NCBI RefSeq assembly: GCF_006345805.1
Contig: NC_042997.1
Span: 186,496,001 to 186,560,000, forward strand
Reading direction: 5' to 3'
Length of the DNA: 64,000 nt
Source of the DNA: Octopus sinensis
Taxonomy: Eukaryota
Shown: positions 49,941 through 63,960 of the stretch, piece by piece
Numbering within the stretch: position 1 is the stretch's first letter
How the letters are laid out: every line of letters begins with the position of its first letter
The notes under the pieces: model-generated
What the model was told of the DNA's origin: nothing
What the model saw: only the letters and a program-made list of their open reading frames with translations
Database searches by the model: none
Translations under genes and position numbers: made by a program

Positions 49941-49941
<1 letters not shown>
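48976..49941 (+). mobile_element. ~860-bp-unit terminally redundant non-coding element, copy 2
   Basis: GTGGTGTCCTGTACG at 48984 and 49843; ~108-bp terminal direct repeat. Inverted homologue of 42937-44003, flanked by TA/TATG repeats. Confidence 0.85.
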
Positions 49942-50006
<65 letters not shown>

Positions 50007-50188
50007 CAAATACTGATAGGGCACAGAAAGTGTGTCTATAGCCAGCTGAAGATGTCTTCCTGGGGCTAAAAACTACAGTAGCATCCACCTTAGGGGTTAG
50101 CCATATTCAAATGGCATATTTACATCACGATGTGTTTCTGCTACTGTCGATAACTCACTCTGATATTTATCATTATATAATATATATA

Positions 50189-50227
<39 letters not shown>

Positions 50228-51231
50228 AATTTTGGCATGTAAGTATATTATGTATGTATGCATGTATTTATGTATGTATTATGTATGTATGTGTATAGCT
50301 ATCTGTGTGTCTTTATGTTTGTGTTGACCTGAGATAAACAAGACCAGCAAACGTAGTAGCATCAACTACAACAACAACAATCAAAAGTAAAAATGCACCA
50401 CAACTCATGAATTGTTATCAATGTTACATCTTGTCTGTATTCTGTCCTACTTCACACCTGTGTTTACAAACTACGTGGTGTATAAATAATATTGCATCAT
50501 TCTACCAAGAAGATCGGAAGAGGTTTATTTTTCTATTGGTAACTTAGGTATTTTTGGCATTAAGAAGTGAATATATTCAATTAATTTTGTTTATCCTATG
50601 TATTTCCATTAATTTCCTGCATTGAGATTTTGTGTTATCCTTGTAACAGAAAGGAGTTCATTAAAGTTAAAAGATACCAGTTCATCAGCTGGTTGTGTTA
50701 AACTCGTTGATACACTAAGTTACCAATGACCCATTGAATGAACCACTAAAGTGTCACTTGACCTGCTAATAATAGCGTTCAAATATGTGTGTGTGTACAC
50801 GCACGTGCGTTTGTGTGTGTATGTTTGTACGTCCATTATACACATACTTGCACAAGCCTGCACGATCAACAGACATACTTACACACATACACACGTAGAC
50901 ACACATGTCTACGCGTATACATATATATATATATATATATATAATATATATATATGCAAATATGTGTGCGCATATGTATGTATTATCTATCTATATGTTT
51001 ATCTACCTGTCTGTCTATCTATCAATCTATCTATCTATATGTGTGTGTATCAATAAATGTATGTATCTTTATGAATAGAAAGACAGACAGGTAGATAGAT
51101 AGACAGACAGACAAACATAGATGTATAAACAAGGGTGCCTGCAGAATACAAATAGATGTTCATGGGACACAGATACCTGCTTAGAGGATATACATACATG
51201 CCATGCCTGCTGGATACATACATATACATAC

Positions 51232-51282
51232 CTGGCATGGAACAACTAACTGATTCACAGAGTATGAAGATTTTGGAAAAAT
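51232..51282 (-). CDS. Candidate 51-nt symmetric internal exon (IFPKSSYSVNQLVVPCQ or FSKIFILCESVSCSMP)
   Basis: Pyrimidine-rich tract plus tatag acceptor, CAG|GTATGT donor, length divisible by 3, two open frames. No partner exons identified. Confidence 0.25.
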
Positions 51283-51599
51283 CTATATTTAAGAATCATG
51301 AAGGAGAGATGATGGGAGGGCAGGAGGGTCTTTTCCCCACTCCTATTTCCTAAAAGCAACAACAACAACAACAACAACAAACTACTCCTGCCCTCCATTC
51401 TAATATATTCAGTTGGTAAAAATATTCCTCCTACCTACTCTTGGATCCAGAATGATTTAATTGGGTTATACAATACTTTTTCAGATCCTCAGCCCCTGCT
51501 AGGATTTTTGGGTTTTGTTTTTTTTTTTTCTTTTTTACTACTCTTCACATCCTGTGGGTCACTCCCTTCCTCATTACATATTTCTGATGATGCTTTACA

Positions 51600-51708
51600 T
51601 TTATAGTTGTTGCTGTTGTTGTTTCTAGTGGTAGTGGTGTTGGTGGTAGTGGTAGTGGTGGTGGTGCTAGTGGTGGTAGTGGTGGTGGTGGTAGTGGGAC
51701 CGTCATAG

Positions 51709-51741
<33 letters not shown>

Positions 51742-52350
51742 CTACCACTACCACCACTGTCAATGTCATCGTCAACCAACCATATCATTATCAGCCACAT
51801 CACAACCATCACTACCAGCATTACTATGATCACCATCATCATCATCACCATCATCATCATCGTTATTATTGTCACCATCTTACTCATCATCATAGTCGTC
51901 CTCATCAACATCTTCATCCTCCTCATCATCATCATCATTATCTTCATCATCATCATCATTATATTCATCATCATCATCATTATATTCATCATCATCATCG
52001 TCATTATCATTGTCATTATTGCCACCTTCTTCCTCATCATCATAGTTGTCATCATCAACATCCTCATCATCCTCATCCTCATCATCATCATCATCATCAT
52101 CGTCACTATCAACACCACCACCAACACCACCGCCACCACCACTACCACCACCACAACCACCAACCACCACCACCACCACCACCCACCACCATCATCGCCT
52201 CCATCTCTTGCCACTGCCATTCAACAGTACTGCCACCACTGCCATTTCCACCACTGCCGCCACTACAGCAGTCACACCCTTCCTCCCCACCACCATCACT
52301 GCCATCTCCACCACCTCCACACACACCCACCACCACCACTCCATTCACTG
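51600..52350. repeat. (GGT)n, (CAT)n and (CAC)n tracts
   Basis: Source of the poly-Ile/Met/Asp ORFs. Confidence 0.92.
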
Positions 52351-52719
52351 TCCCCTGTACTAGCCCTTACACTAATAGTTCAGTCACCAACATCATTCAT
52401 ATCTCATTGTTTTTGTTGTTGCATCTTTCTTTTTTCCTCTTTACTAATTCTTGCTGTTGTTGTTGCGGTTGTTGTCTTTCCCATCACCACTCCTCCTTCT
52501 TCTGGTCTTCTGCTTCCCGCTTCTTCCACATCTTGAAGCATCTCCTCCTACCATTATATGTGCTTGCTTTACAAATCATCTTCCCTTTCTCTCCCTCTCT
52601 CTGTCTCTGTCTCTGTCTCTGTCTCTGTCTCTCTCCTTCCCTCCCGCCTCCCTCCATCTCACACCTTTCTGCCAATATCTGTGTATATGCATGTATGAAT
52701 TTGAGGGTTTATGCATGTC

Positions 52720-54370
<1,651 letters not shown>

Positions 54371-54507
54371 CTCAAACATGCATACCTGCTATTTATTAGA
54401 AAACAGGTTATATCATATTGCTTACAACATTTTAATGTATTGCTAATTTATACATGAAGAGCAAAACCAAAATCAAAATCTTAAAAAGGAAAATAATGTA
54501 TATATAT

Positions 54508-54986
54508 ATCATCATCATCATCATCCTCGTTTAACATCCGCTTTCCATGCTAGCATGGGTTGGACGATTTGACTGAGGACTGGTGAACCAGATGGCTGCA
54601 CCAGACTCCAATCTTGAGCTGGCAGAGTTTCTATAGCTGGATGCCCTTCCTAATGCCAAACACTCCAAGAGTGTAGTGGGTGCTTTTATGTGCCACCAGC
54701 ACGAGGGCCAGTCAGGTGGTACTGGCAATGGCCATGCTCAAATGGTGTTTTTTACGTGCCACCTGCACAAGTGCCAGTCCAGCGATACTGGTAACAATCT
54801 TGCTCAAATGTTTTTTTACATGCCACCGGCACAAGTGCCAGTAAGGTGACACTGGTAACAATCACGTACGAATGGTGCCTCTTATGTGCCACCGGCACAG
54901 ACGCCAGTTAGCTGCTCTGGCAACGATCACACTTGGATGGTGCTCTTAGTGCTCCACTAGCACGGATGCCAATCATCAAATTTGAT
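54508..54986 (-). mobile_element. Family D retroposon with (GAT)n tail and internal tandem repeats
   Basis: Contains GGATGCCCTTCCTAATGCCAA, which I recognise as RTE-type 3' sequence. Homologues at 60258 and 61666. Confidence 0.8.
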
Positions 54987-54994
54987 GTTATATA

Positions 54995-55037
<43 letters not shown>

Positions 55038-55041
55038 AATA

Positions 55042-55215
55042 TAACGGGAAAGTTTACGAAAATAAACAAAAGACGAAGGCAGATGTATCAGGTGTATCAG
55101 TATAGCACTCAGGAATAGAAAAAGTCTTTTACATTTCGAGCCTACGCTCTTCTACAGAAAGTTACACACAAAAAAACAAGGAGAGAAAAAAAATGTGTGT
55201 AGTAGCTAAAAATCT
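55042..55215 (-). mobile_element. Family F element (hammerhead-like motif at 55125-55161, core CUGUAGA)
   Basis: Homology to 14628-14834; inserted after (TA)n. Confidence 0.85.
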
Positions 55216-55374
55216 TATATACATAGACATTAAAGAATTTTCAGGATTAAAGGTATAAATGTAAAAATGAAATATATACAGGTAACTATGACAACAATAA
55301 CAAGCACATTTGACACACGAAATTTTTTTTTAAATGCATATTCCAAAGAATAATAGATACTCAAAGGTCCAGGT

Positions 55375-55433
55375 ACTTCTGGCTGATGAAACAGATAATG
55401 TCGAAACACCAGCATCCTGATGTACACAGCAGT
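55375..55433 (+). ncRNA. Slightly decayed type I hammerhead ribozyme
   Basis: ACTTCTGG-CTGATGA-AACA GATAA TGTC-GAAAC ACCAG CATC CTGAT GT-A-CACAGCAGT: canonical core boxes, GUA site, three stems each with 1-2 defects. Confidence 0.6.
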
Positions 55434-55490
55434 AATTAGCAGATAAGCTTTGAAATCTGCCAGAATGCATTAAGAATAAATATACCCATT

Positions 55491-55848
55491 TTTTACTCTC
55501 TTACTTGTTTCAGTCATTTGACTGCGGCCATGCTGAAGCACCACCTTTAGTCGAGCAAATCAACCCCAGGACTTATTCTTTGTAAGCCCAGTACTTATTC
55601 TATCGAACTCTTTTGCCGAACTGCCAAGTTACGGGGATGTAAACACACCAGCATTGGTTGTCAAGCGATATTAGGGGGACAAACACAGACACACAAACAT
55701 ATACACACACATACATATACATATATACGACAGGCCTCTTTCAGTTTCCATCTACCAAATCCACTTACAAGTTTTTGGTCGACCATGCAGTGGGACTGAA
55801 CCCGGAACCATGTGGTTCATAAGCAAGCTACTTACCACACAGCCACTA
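55491..55848 (-). mobile_element. Family B SINE with small internal deletion
   Basis: Tail TTACTTGTTTCAGTCATTTGACTGCGGCCATGC and head CTACTTACCACACAGCCAC on the plus strand. Confidence 0.9.
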
Positions 55849-56295
55849 TGTTTATCATTGTTTCAGAAAACTTGCTGCTTGCAGTGCAAATAATTTTTTT
55901 TTGTCAGTTCGTAGATATATGCACTGATCAGAAAAACAGTTTTGTTCGTTGAAATTATAACCCGATCTAGTGGTCTCTTTAGGCTCAAAAGGTCCAGCTA
56001 CTTCTAGCTTATGAGACAACATGTCAAAACATAAGTGTCCCACAATCCCTTGTGCTAATGAGCCATGCGTGTTATGAAAGCGTCTTCATCATAAATTGTA
56101 GAAATTGTTCTCTTGTGACATATACAACAACAACTAGCATATTTGCATTTAAACATGCTGAAATGTATTCAGATAAATATGCAAGTCAACAATTCAGATT
56201 TCCTTGTATACAATGAAAATAATGATTTATTCACAGTTTATTAGAAAATATAAAAATTACTCCAATACAGAATAATATAATAATTAGCAGTATAC

Positions 56296-56966
56296 GCGCA
56301 GGAGTGGCTGTGTGGTAAGTAGCTTGCTTACCAACCACATGGTTCTAGGTTCAGTCCTACTGCGTGGCACCTTGGGCAAGTGTCTTCAACTATAGTCTCG
56401 GGCCGACTAAAACCTTGTGAGTGGATTTGGTAGATGGAAACTGAAAGAAGCCTGCCTTATATATGTATATATATATATATTTCTATACTACCCACAAGGG
56501 GCTAAACATAGAGGGGACAAACAAGGACAGACATAGGTATTAAGTCGATTACATCGACCCCAGTGCGTAACTGGTACTTAATTTATTGACCCCAAAAGGA
56601 TGAAAGGCAAAGTCGACCTCGGCAGAATTTGAACTCAGAATGTAACGACAGACGAAATACCGCTAAGCATCTCGCCCGACGTACTAACGTTTCTGCCAGC
56701 TTGCCGCCTTTGTATATATATATATATGTGTGTGTGTGTGGGTGGGGGGGTGTATGTTTGTGTGTCTGTGTTTGACTCCCCCACCAACATCACTTGGCAA
56801 CTGATACTGGTGTGTTTACGTCCCCGTAACTCAGCGGTTTGACAAAAGAAACTGATAGAATAAGTACTAGGCTTACTAAGTCCTGGGGTCAATTTGCTCA
56901 ACTAAAGGTGGTGCTCCAGCATGGCCACAGTCAAATGACTAAAACAAGTAAATGAGTAAAAGAGAG
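56296..56966 (+). mobile_element. Family B SINE with a family A monomer (56479-56708, minus) nested in its central (TA)n
   Basis: B head at 56296, A body from ATTTCTATACTACCCAC to GCTTGCCGCC, B resumes at ~56710. Confidence 0.92.
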
Positions 56967-56975
56967 TATAGAGTA

Positions 56976-57626
56976 ATATTAAATATCTGAGTGTGATATA
57001 AACAGTAGCAATATGGAATCATGACATATAATTGCCAACAAAGTGTGGCGTCCTATAAGGGACAGTGCTACTAACATTTATAACCTCTTCCAGCTGGCTA
57101 ACGACACACATTCTGTGTCTGATTAGTATTTGTGAGGGGAGGTCATCACTCTCATCTCTAGCCTTACGTGATACACACAGACTCGAGTTTCTGGGTGATT
57201 ACCCATCCTCAGTGTGTGTTAATCACCAGCTAGTGATAAAAACTCACTCCACTCAAAAAATGCTAGATGCTTTTTCTCGCGACAAACTGTCGCTGATCTT
57301 CAAAAAGGAGAAATAAGCTATATTAAATCTCTGAGCGAGATGCAAGCAATAGCAATACAGAATCATAACAAATAATTGCCAACTAAATGTAGCATCCTAT
57401 ACAGGACAGAGCCACTGACGTTTATAGCCCCAGAAAGACATCTCTTACTACTGGCTAATAACACATATTCTGTGTCTGATTAGTATTTCAGCAATGGTTT
57501 GTTGCTGGAAAAAGCATATAGTATTTTGTGAGTGGAATAAGTTTATATCACTAGCTGGTGATTAACACATGCTGAGGATGGGTAACCACCCAGAAACTCG
57601 AGTCCATGTGTATCACGTAAGGCTAG
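56976..57626. repeat. Interleaved direct repeat (56976-57131 / 57320-57488) and inverted repeat (57158-57296 / 57488-57626)
   Basis: CTAGCCTTACGTGATACAC... versus ...GTGTATCACGTAAGGCTAG; ATTCTGTGTCTGATTAGTATTT ends both direct copies. Confidence 0.9.
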
Positions 57627-57888
57627 GGACGGGAACATTATAATTGTTTATAATTTAGACTCAAGGCCAGCAGTTTTTGTGTGGACACATTTATTCAATA
57701 CCACAAAACCCATTATATTTGACTGATGTTCGATTTTTATTGTCCCCTGAATAGATGAAAGACAAATTTGATCTCAGTCAGATTTGAACTCAGAAGGTAA
57801 AGAACCAGAATACCACAAGACATGATGCTTTAATTACTCTGCCACTTCACCACTCCACTCTAAATAATACAAAAACTAACAACAGCAA

Positions 57889-58295
<407 letters not shown>

Positions 58296-58589
58296 AATAA
58301 TAGTAAGAATAAAAAATTTTTCTTTATCAGCCACAAAGGTTTGAAAAGATACAGAAAATTACAAAGAAATATTAAATGGGAGTCCTATAAAAACGTTGGG
58401 TATGTGACAGAGAATTTATAGAAAGACAAGAGAAGAGATGAATGAGGTTATATAATATTAGTTGAACAAATTTATAAACCACAAATATTTACAAAGAATA
58501 AATAAAAATGTACAACAAAATACAATAATCAAAAACAGGATGTCTATGTGAAAATTATATGTCAATTTGCATTGAAAAGTTTGAAAAGT

Positions 58590-59230
58590 TCTTTCAACAA
58601 GAATAACTTGCTTTAACTGAATTTCTGTTAAAAAACATTATGGTAACTCTACTTCATCATGAAAATTTAAATAGATACAATTTAGGAAGTCTCTAGCAAT
58701 ATTTATTTTATACACTTCAATTATAGACTGCATTATACCAGAAGTCTGACAGAACTTTGTTGACATTTCATAATATACTTTACTATTAAGAAATAAATAA
58801 AAAGATAAATACAACAATTTTAATGCGTTCTTTTGTAACTAAATTAACTCTCCCATAATCTAATTTCAGTTTCAACATATGGTCACAGTTCAAGTGAGTT
58901 GCCAAGTACAACTCCAAAATTTTTCATTAGCTGTTTGGTAAGGCTTAAAGGTTACTTGTTTCTAAATTTGATATTGGATTCAAAAAATTAAGCATCAACT
59001 GAAACTGACAAACCTGTTTCAGTAAATAGTTTTACAAGGTTTTTTCAAATTTATCTAATCCATGATGGTTCTTATTTTGCAAAACAAAAAGATCATCATC
59101 TCTATATAGCCCTCTTCCAATGATCAGAAACAGTTAATGCAAAAGATCCAAAATATGAATTCTAATAATTTTAGATAGTTCTGTCCCATCATATGATATC
59201 AATCAAAACATCAAACAAATCATTTTTACC
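58590..59230 (-). mobile_element. Decayed Penelope-like element RT/thumb region
   Basis: Minus-strand motifs in the correct order: SYDGTEL (MGSYDGAE), GLYRDDDL (GLYRDDGL), NFLN...NLET, FKPY, FWYN, NIARDFL, FNRNSVKASYSC. Confidence 0.82.
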
Positions 59231-59284
59231 TCAAGGTGTTGTTGAAAAAAAAAAGAAATTTTTTTGTGTGTATAATTGTTTCAA

Positions 59285-59957
59285 TCTTTAATATAAAAAT
59301 CAATGTCTTTATGTTTGTTCATGTGTTTGTATGTTACTTATATACTCAAAAACTATTGGACTGATCCTAATGAAATTCAGAACACAAAATCCAAGCCATG
59401 GGAGAAGGGTAATGCCTTATGTCTCATACAATTTTGAGTGGGAACATAGGGGGCAGAACACCCCTCCGTGAAAATTCATATTCTTCGGATTTTGATGAAA
59501 TTTGAACCATAAGTATTAGAAATAAATTTTAAGATATACCCAGAATTTCCATTTCTTTGGATGATTCTAAGATCCCTTAATGAGGGATTAACCCCCAAAT
59601 TTTAGTCATTTTTCATGGACCAAAATTACTGAATGGATCCTTATGATATTTGAAACTTAGATTTAATGCATAAGAGCATGTAATATGCAGTATATTTGGT
59701 TTGAATATGAGGGTAATAGGTAATTGACACAAATCACTTCTCATGAGGATTCTAAGACTCCCAAATTTTAGTAATTTTTTTATAATCCAAAACAAGGTCA
59801 AAAGTACTGAATGGGTCTTTACAAAATTTAGAAATTATATTCTATGCATAAGGGTAGATGTAATGCAATATATGTTTGAAAGTGAGGGGGCATAAATGAG
59901 GCCATAACCCCAATGAAAATTCATATATTTTTGCTGTTGATGAAATTTTAACCAGAG
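59285..59957 (+). mobile_element. Helitron-type non-autonomous element, 3' end lost, with internal sub-repeats
   Basis: A|TCTTTAATATAAAAAT 5' end, AAAACTATTGGACTGATCCTAATGAAATT motif, repeated GAAAATTCATAT...TGATGAAATTT blocks. No CTRR end seen. Confidence 0.55.
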
Positions 59958-60055
59958 GTATGAGACACTTGTCCAAGGTGCTACGCATTGGGACTGAACC
60001 CAGAACCATGTGGTTGGTAAGTAAGCTACTTACTGCAAAGCCACTCCTGTGCCTA
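59958..60055 (-). mobile_element. Family B SINE head fragment
   Basis: GACACTTGTCCAAGGTGC...GGGACTGAACCCAGAACCATGTGGTTGGTAAG. Confidence 0.85.
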
Positions 60056-60257
60056 TATATATATGTACATATTATTTAATAAACACAATATCTCTTTTTA
60101 TGAGCTACCAATAGTTTTATGTGATGAAAAACAGCTCAGACAGCATTTTATGACACATCTGGTGCCTTCACTCAATCCTTAGGCTCTGCTGACATGGAAT
60201 CAATTATATAATCATACACACACTCAGACAAACACACATCCACACACATGCATAAAA

Positions 60258-60493
60258 CACCATTTGAGCATGGCCATTGCCAGTACCGCTTGACTGGCCC
60301 TCGTGCCAGTGGCACATAGAAACACCCACTACACTCTCAGAGTGGTTAGCGTTAGGAAGGGCAACCAGCTGTAGGAACTCTGCCAGATTAGATTGGAGCC
60401 TGGTGCAGCCATCTGGTTCACCAGTCCTCAGTCAAACCATCCAACCCATGCTAGCATGGAAAGCGGACGTTACACAGTGATGATGATGATGAT
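60258..60493 (+). mobile_element. 5'-truncated family D retroposon
   Basis: GTTAGGAAGGGCA.CCAGCTGTAG...GCATGGAAAGCGGACGTTA then (GAT)n. Confidence 0.85.
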
Positions 60494-60500
60494 ATATATA

Positions 60501-60813
60501 TCACCGTGATCACCGTGACCGACCAGGCTATCAGATGTTGCTACACATCGCTGGTCACAATGCGCTTCACATTGTTTTAGCCTTCAAATGACGCCACCCT
60601 GCTGGCTAAGTGAGCAGGCCAACAAAAGAAAGAGTGAAAGAAAGTTGTGACAAAAGAGTACAGCAGGGATCGCCACCATCCCCTGCCAGAGCCTCGTGGA
60701 GCTTTAGGTGTTTTCCCCTCAATAAACACTCATAACGCTTGATCTGGGAATCAAAACCGTGATCCTACAACCACAAGTCCGCTGCCTTAACCACTGGGCC
60801 ATTGTGCCTCCGC
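60501..60813 (-). mobile_element. Family C SINE in a (TA) target
   Basis: Full-length match to 4164-4475, with ATATATA on both sides. Confidence 0.92.
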
Positions 60814-61665
60814 ATATATATATACATACATATACACATATTAGTAATACTAGTACCCATATTACATGGTCCCTTTTTCTGATTCAGTGTCAGTCATGAG
60901 CATTTCCCCACTCCCCACTCAATAATAATGTCCTGTCATTTAACTTTGTAATCCTTTGATATAATTTCTGGGAGATCTTGTATATTCTCTTTGGTCATGT
61001 TTTCTCTTGGAGCTTGTTTTCTTCATCTAGTTTTTGCAAAATATTCATGCTGATCATCATCATCATTCACATTCTGTCTTCTTTCTTGACTAGTAATTCT
61101 CACCTCCCTCCCATATTTGCTTCAGTTTCATTGTTCCTCACATGACACCTCATATCTCTATTTCTTACATAAATTTAATTATTTTCCCCTCTGAGTAAAT
61201 GCTTCTCATCATTTCTGATTCTCCTCTCTTCATTCCTAATTCTTATATCTTTACTTTGTCTTTTCCCCAACCTTACCCTGTATCTTCTCTGATTCTCTTG
61301 TGTCAATTCTCACTGCTGCGCTCAATGATCACTGTCTACCATAACACACCAAATTCCATTTCAGTAATAAAATAATTTTAAAAGTATTTAATATTGTATA
61401 CCCAGTGATACCATCTCGATGACGTACTATCACACTTCTTCTATGAAAAGAGTTAACAATGCAGTTATCAATATATAGATAGTTGGAAAAACTCTGCATC
61501 TAATATTATTATGCACATTTTACAGAGTAATTTAGAAATACAATTATTTATATATAGATAGTTGGAAAACTGTATCCAGGACATACCATTCTACACATTT
61601 TGTGAAGGAAGTTAGGAACACTGTTATTTATATATAGCTAATAGAATTGATAAATGTTCAATCAT

Positions 61666-62054
61666 ATCATCATCATCTTTGTTTAATGTCTGCTTTCCAT
61701 GCTAGCGTGGGTTGGACGATTTTGACTGAGGACTGGCGAACCAGATGGCTGCACAAGGCTCCAATCTTGATCTGGCAGAGTTTCTACAGCTGGATGCCAT
61801 TCCTAATGCCAACCACTCTAGGGCCAGTCAAGCAGTACTGGCAATGACCTCGCTCGAATCTTTTTACACATGCCACTGGCACAGGTGCCAATAAGGCGAC
61901 ACTGGTAACGATCACACTTGAATGGTGCCCTTTTACATGCCACCGGCACGGAAGCCAGTTAGCTGCTCTGGCAACAATCACGCTCGGATGGTGCTCTTGG
62001 CACCATACTAGCACGGGCAAAAGTGCCAGTAAGGCGACGCTGGTAACGATCACT
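61666..62054 (-). mobile_element. Family D retroposon
   Basis: (CAT)n tail, CTTTCCATGCTAGC.TGGGTTGGACG, internal TGCCA..GGCAC repeats. Confidence 0.85.
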
Positions 62055-62323
62055 TTCTCAAAGACGCATGCATAAAATTGCCAGGTAGGCAGTGAAAGAG
62101 AAAGTCACACAAACAATACTGGCTCATGCACACATACACATATCCACAATCACACGCATGCAAATGTCAATGGTGCATACACGTTTAAACATAGTGCCCC
62201 CAAACACTCGCTCATACACGTATACATTCGCACAACTTATTGTCAGAGCTTTGGGTGTGTATGTATGTATGTATGCTACTAGCTTTAATATGAGTGTGAG
62301 TGTGTGTATGGGTGCATATACTC

Positions 62324-62749
62324 TTTTACCCTTTTACCCTTTTACTTGTTTCAGTCATCTGACTGCAGCCATGCTGGAGCACCACCTTTAGGATTTATTC
62401 TTTGTAAGCCTAGTACTTATTCTATCGGTCTGTCTTGCCGAACTGCTAAGTTACGGGGCCGTAAACACACCAGCATCAGTTGTCAAGCGATGTTGGGGGA
62501 ACAAACATAGACACACAAACATATACACTCATATACATATATAAATATATATATTAATATATATATATATATATATACATATATACGATGGGCTTCTTTC
62601 AGTTTCCACCTACCAAATCCACTCACAAGGCTTTGGTCAGCTCGAGGCTATAGTAGCAGACACTTGCCCAAGGTGCCATGCAGTGGGACTGAACCCGGAA
62701 CCATGTGGTTGGTAAGCAAGCTACTTACCACACAGCCACGTCTGCGCCT
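62324..62749 (-). mobile_element. Full-length family B SINE
   Basis: Tail, central CA/TA tract, core and head all present. Confidence 0.92.
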
Positions 62750-62844
62750 ATATGTCAATAGTATTCATTTCAATCACTGTTTCTCTTTCTTTATTGAGAG
62801 TTGATGACACCTGCTTCATGCAAGCATGGAAAAAGAACAGTAAA

Positions 62845-63030
62845 TGATGTTGATGATGACGATGATGATGATGATGATGATTATGACGACGACGACGATG
62901 ATGATGATGATGATGATGACGATGATGATGACAGTGATGACAACGATGATGACTATGATGATGATGACAACGACAACGATGATGATGATGATGACAGTGA
63001 TGGTGATGATGATGATGACGATGATGCATT
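62845..63030. repeat. (GAT/GAC)n microsatellite
   Basis: Direct inspection. Confidence 0.95.
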
Positions 63031-63609
63031 TTTATAATGAAATAACAGGCCAGCTGTTACCAAATTCTTATGCATTGTTCACTCACCCACCTGCAGCATA
63101 ATGCTTGTCAACTCCCACCAGCTACCACTACCACCACCACCACCACCACCACCACCACCACCAATAACTACCAGCACTAATAAGCCAATAAACTGTGATC
63201 TTTCTGCTAAATTAGAACCGCATGTCTCCGGTGCTCCACCTCCATCACCTCCTTGCCTTTCATTCCTCTTCCAACCCCACCACTCCCAACACTACCACCA
63301 CTACCACCACCACCATTTCCACGTTTTCTACCCTTACCACTCTCGCTACCTGTCCATGTCTCACCTGTCTTTGCAAGCCTTTTTCCAGCACCTTTCCCTT
63401 TCCAGTCAACAGAGCTCTGGTTTCTGTTGCATTCACCAACGTGTGCACGCTATTCATCTGCGCACATGCACACGTGTATAATACACACAGATATGCAAGC
63501 ACTCTCTCTCACACCTGACTAGCCATATTCCAGTGTGCGGTGGGGCAGGGGAGGAGTTGCGTCTTTGTGTATGTGTTTATGTGTTCCTTTAGATGTCTGT
63601 ACATACACA

Positions 63610-63905
63610 CAAAATAATATATATATATATTATATATATAAATTAGAGAAAAACCACTATTATGTAATTCAAACAATGATAAACATAAGTCATACCATAC
63701 AGAAAAAATAAAATATATGATAAAACATTTATCTCGATCACACACACACATATATATATATTCCATGTTTTTGTATTTTGGGTTCTCGTTTTCCATGTGT
63801 TTACATTTTTGATGTCCTGTACCCATATATTCATATATATATACATATATATATACATATATATATATATATACATATTATATATATATATAATATATAT
63901 ATTAT

Positions 63906-63960
<55 letters not shown>

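Noticed and set aside
42937-49941. One 7-kb transposon with ~1-kb terminal inverted repeats enclosing a LINE
   Set aside because: The left repeat is nested inside a SINE whose halves flank it, the two copies have different ends, and each has its own (TA)n context: two independent insertions.
58300-59280. AT-rich stretch first read as a 3' UTR of a minus-strand gene
   Set aside because: Ordered Penelope RT motifs explain most of it.
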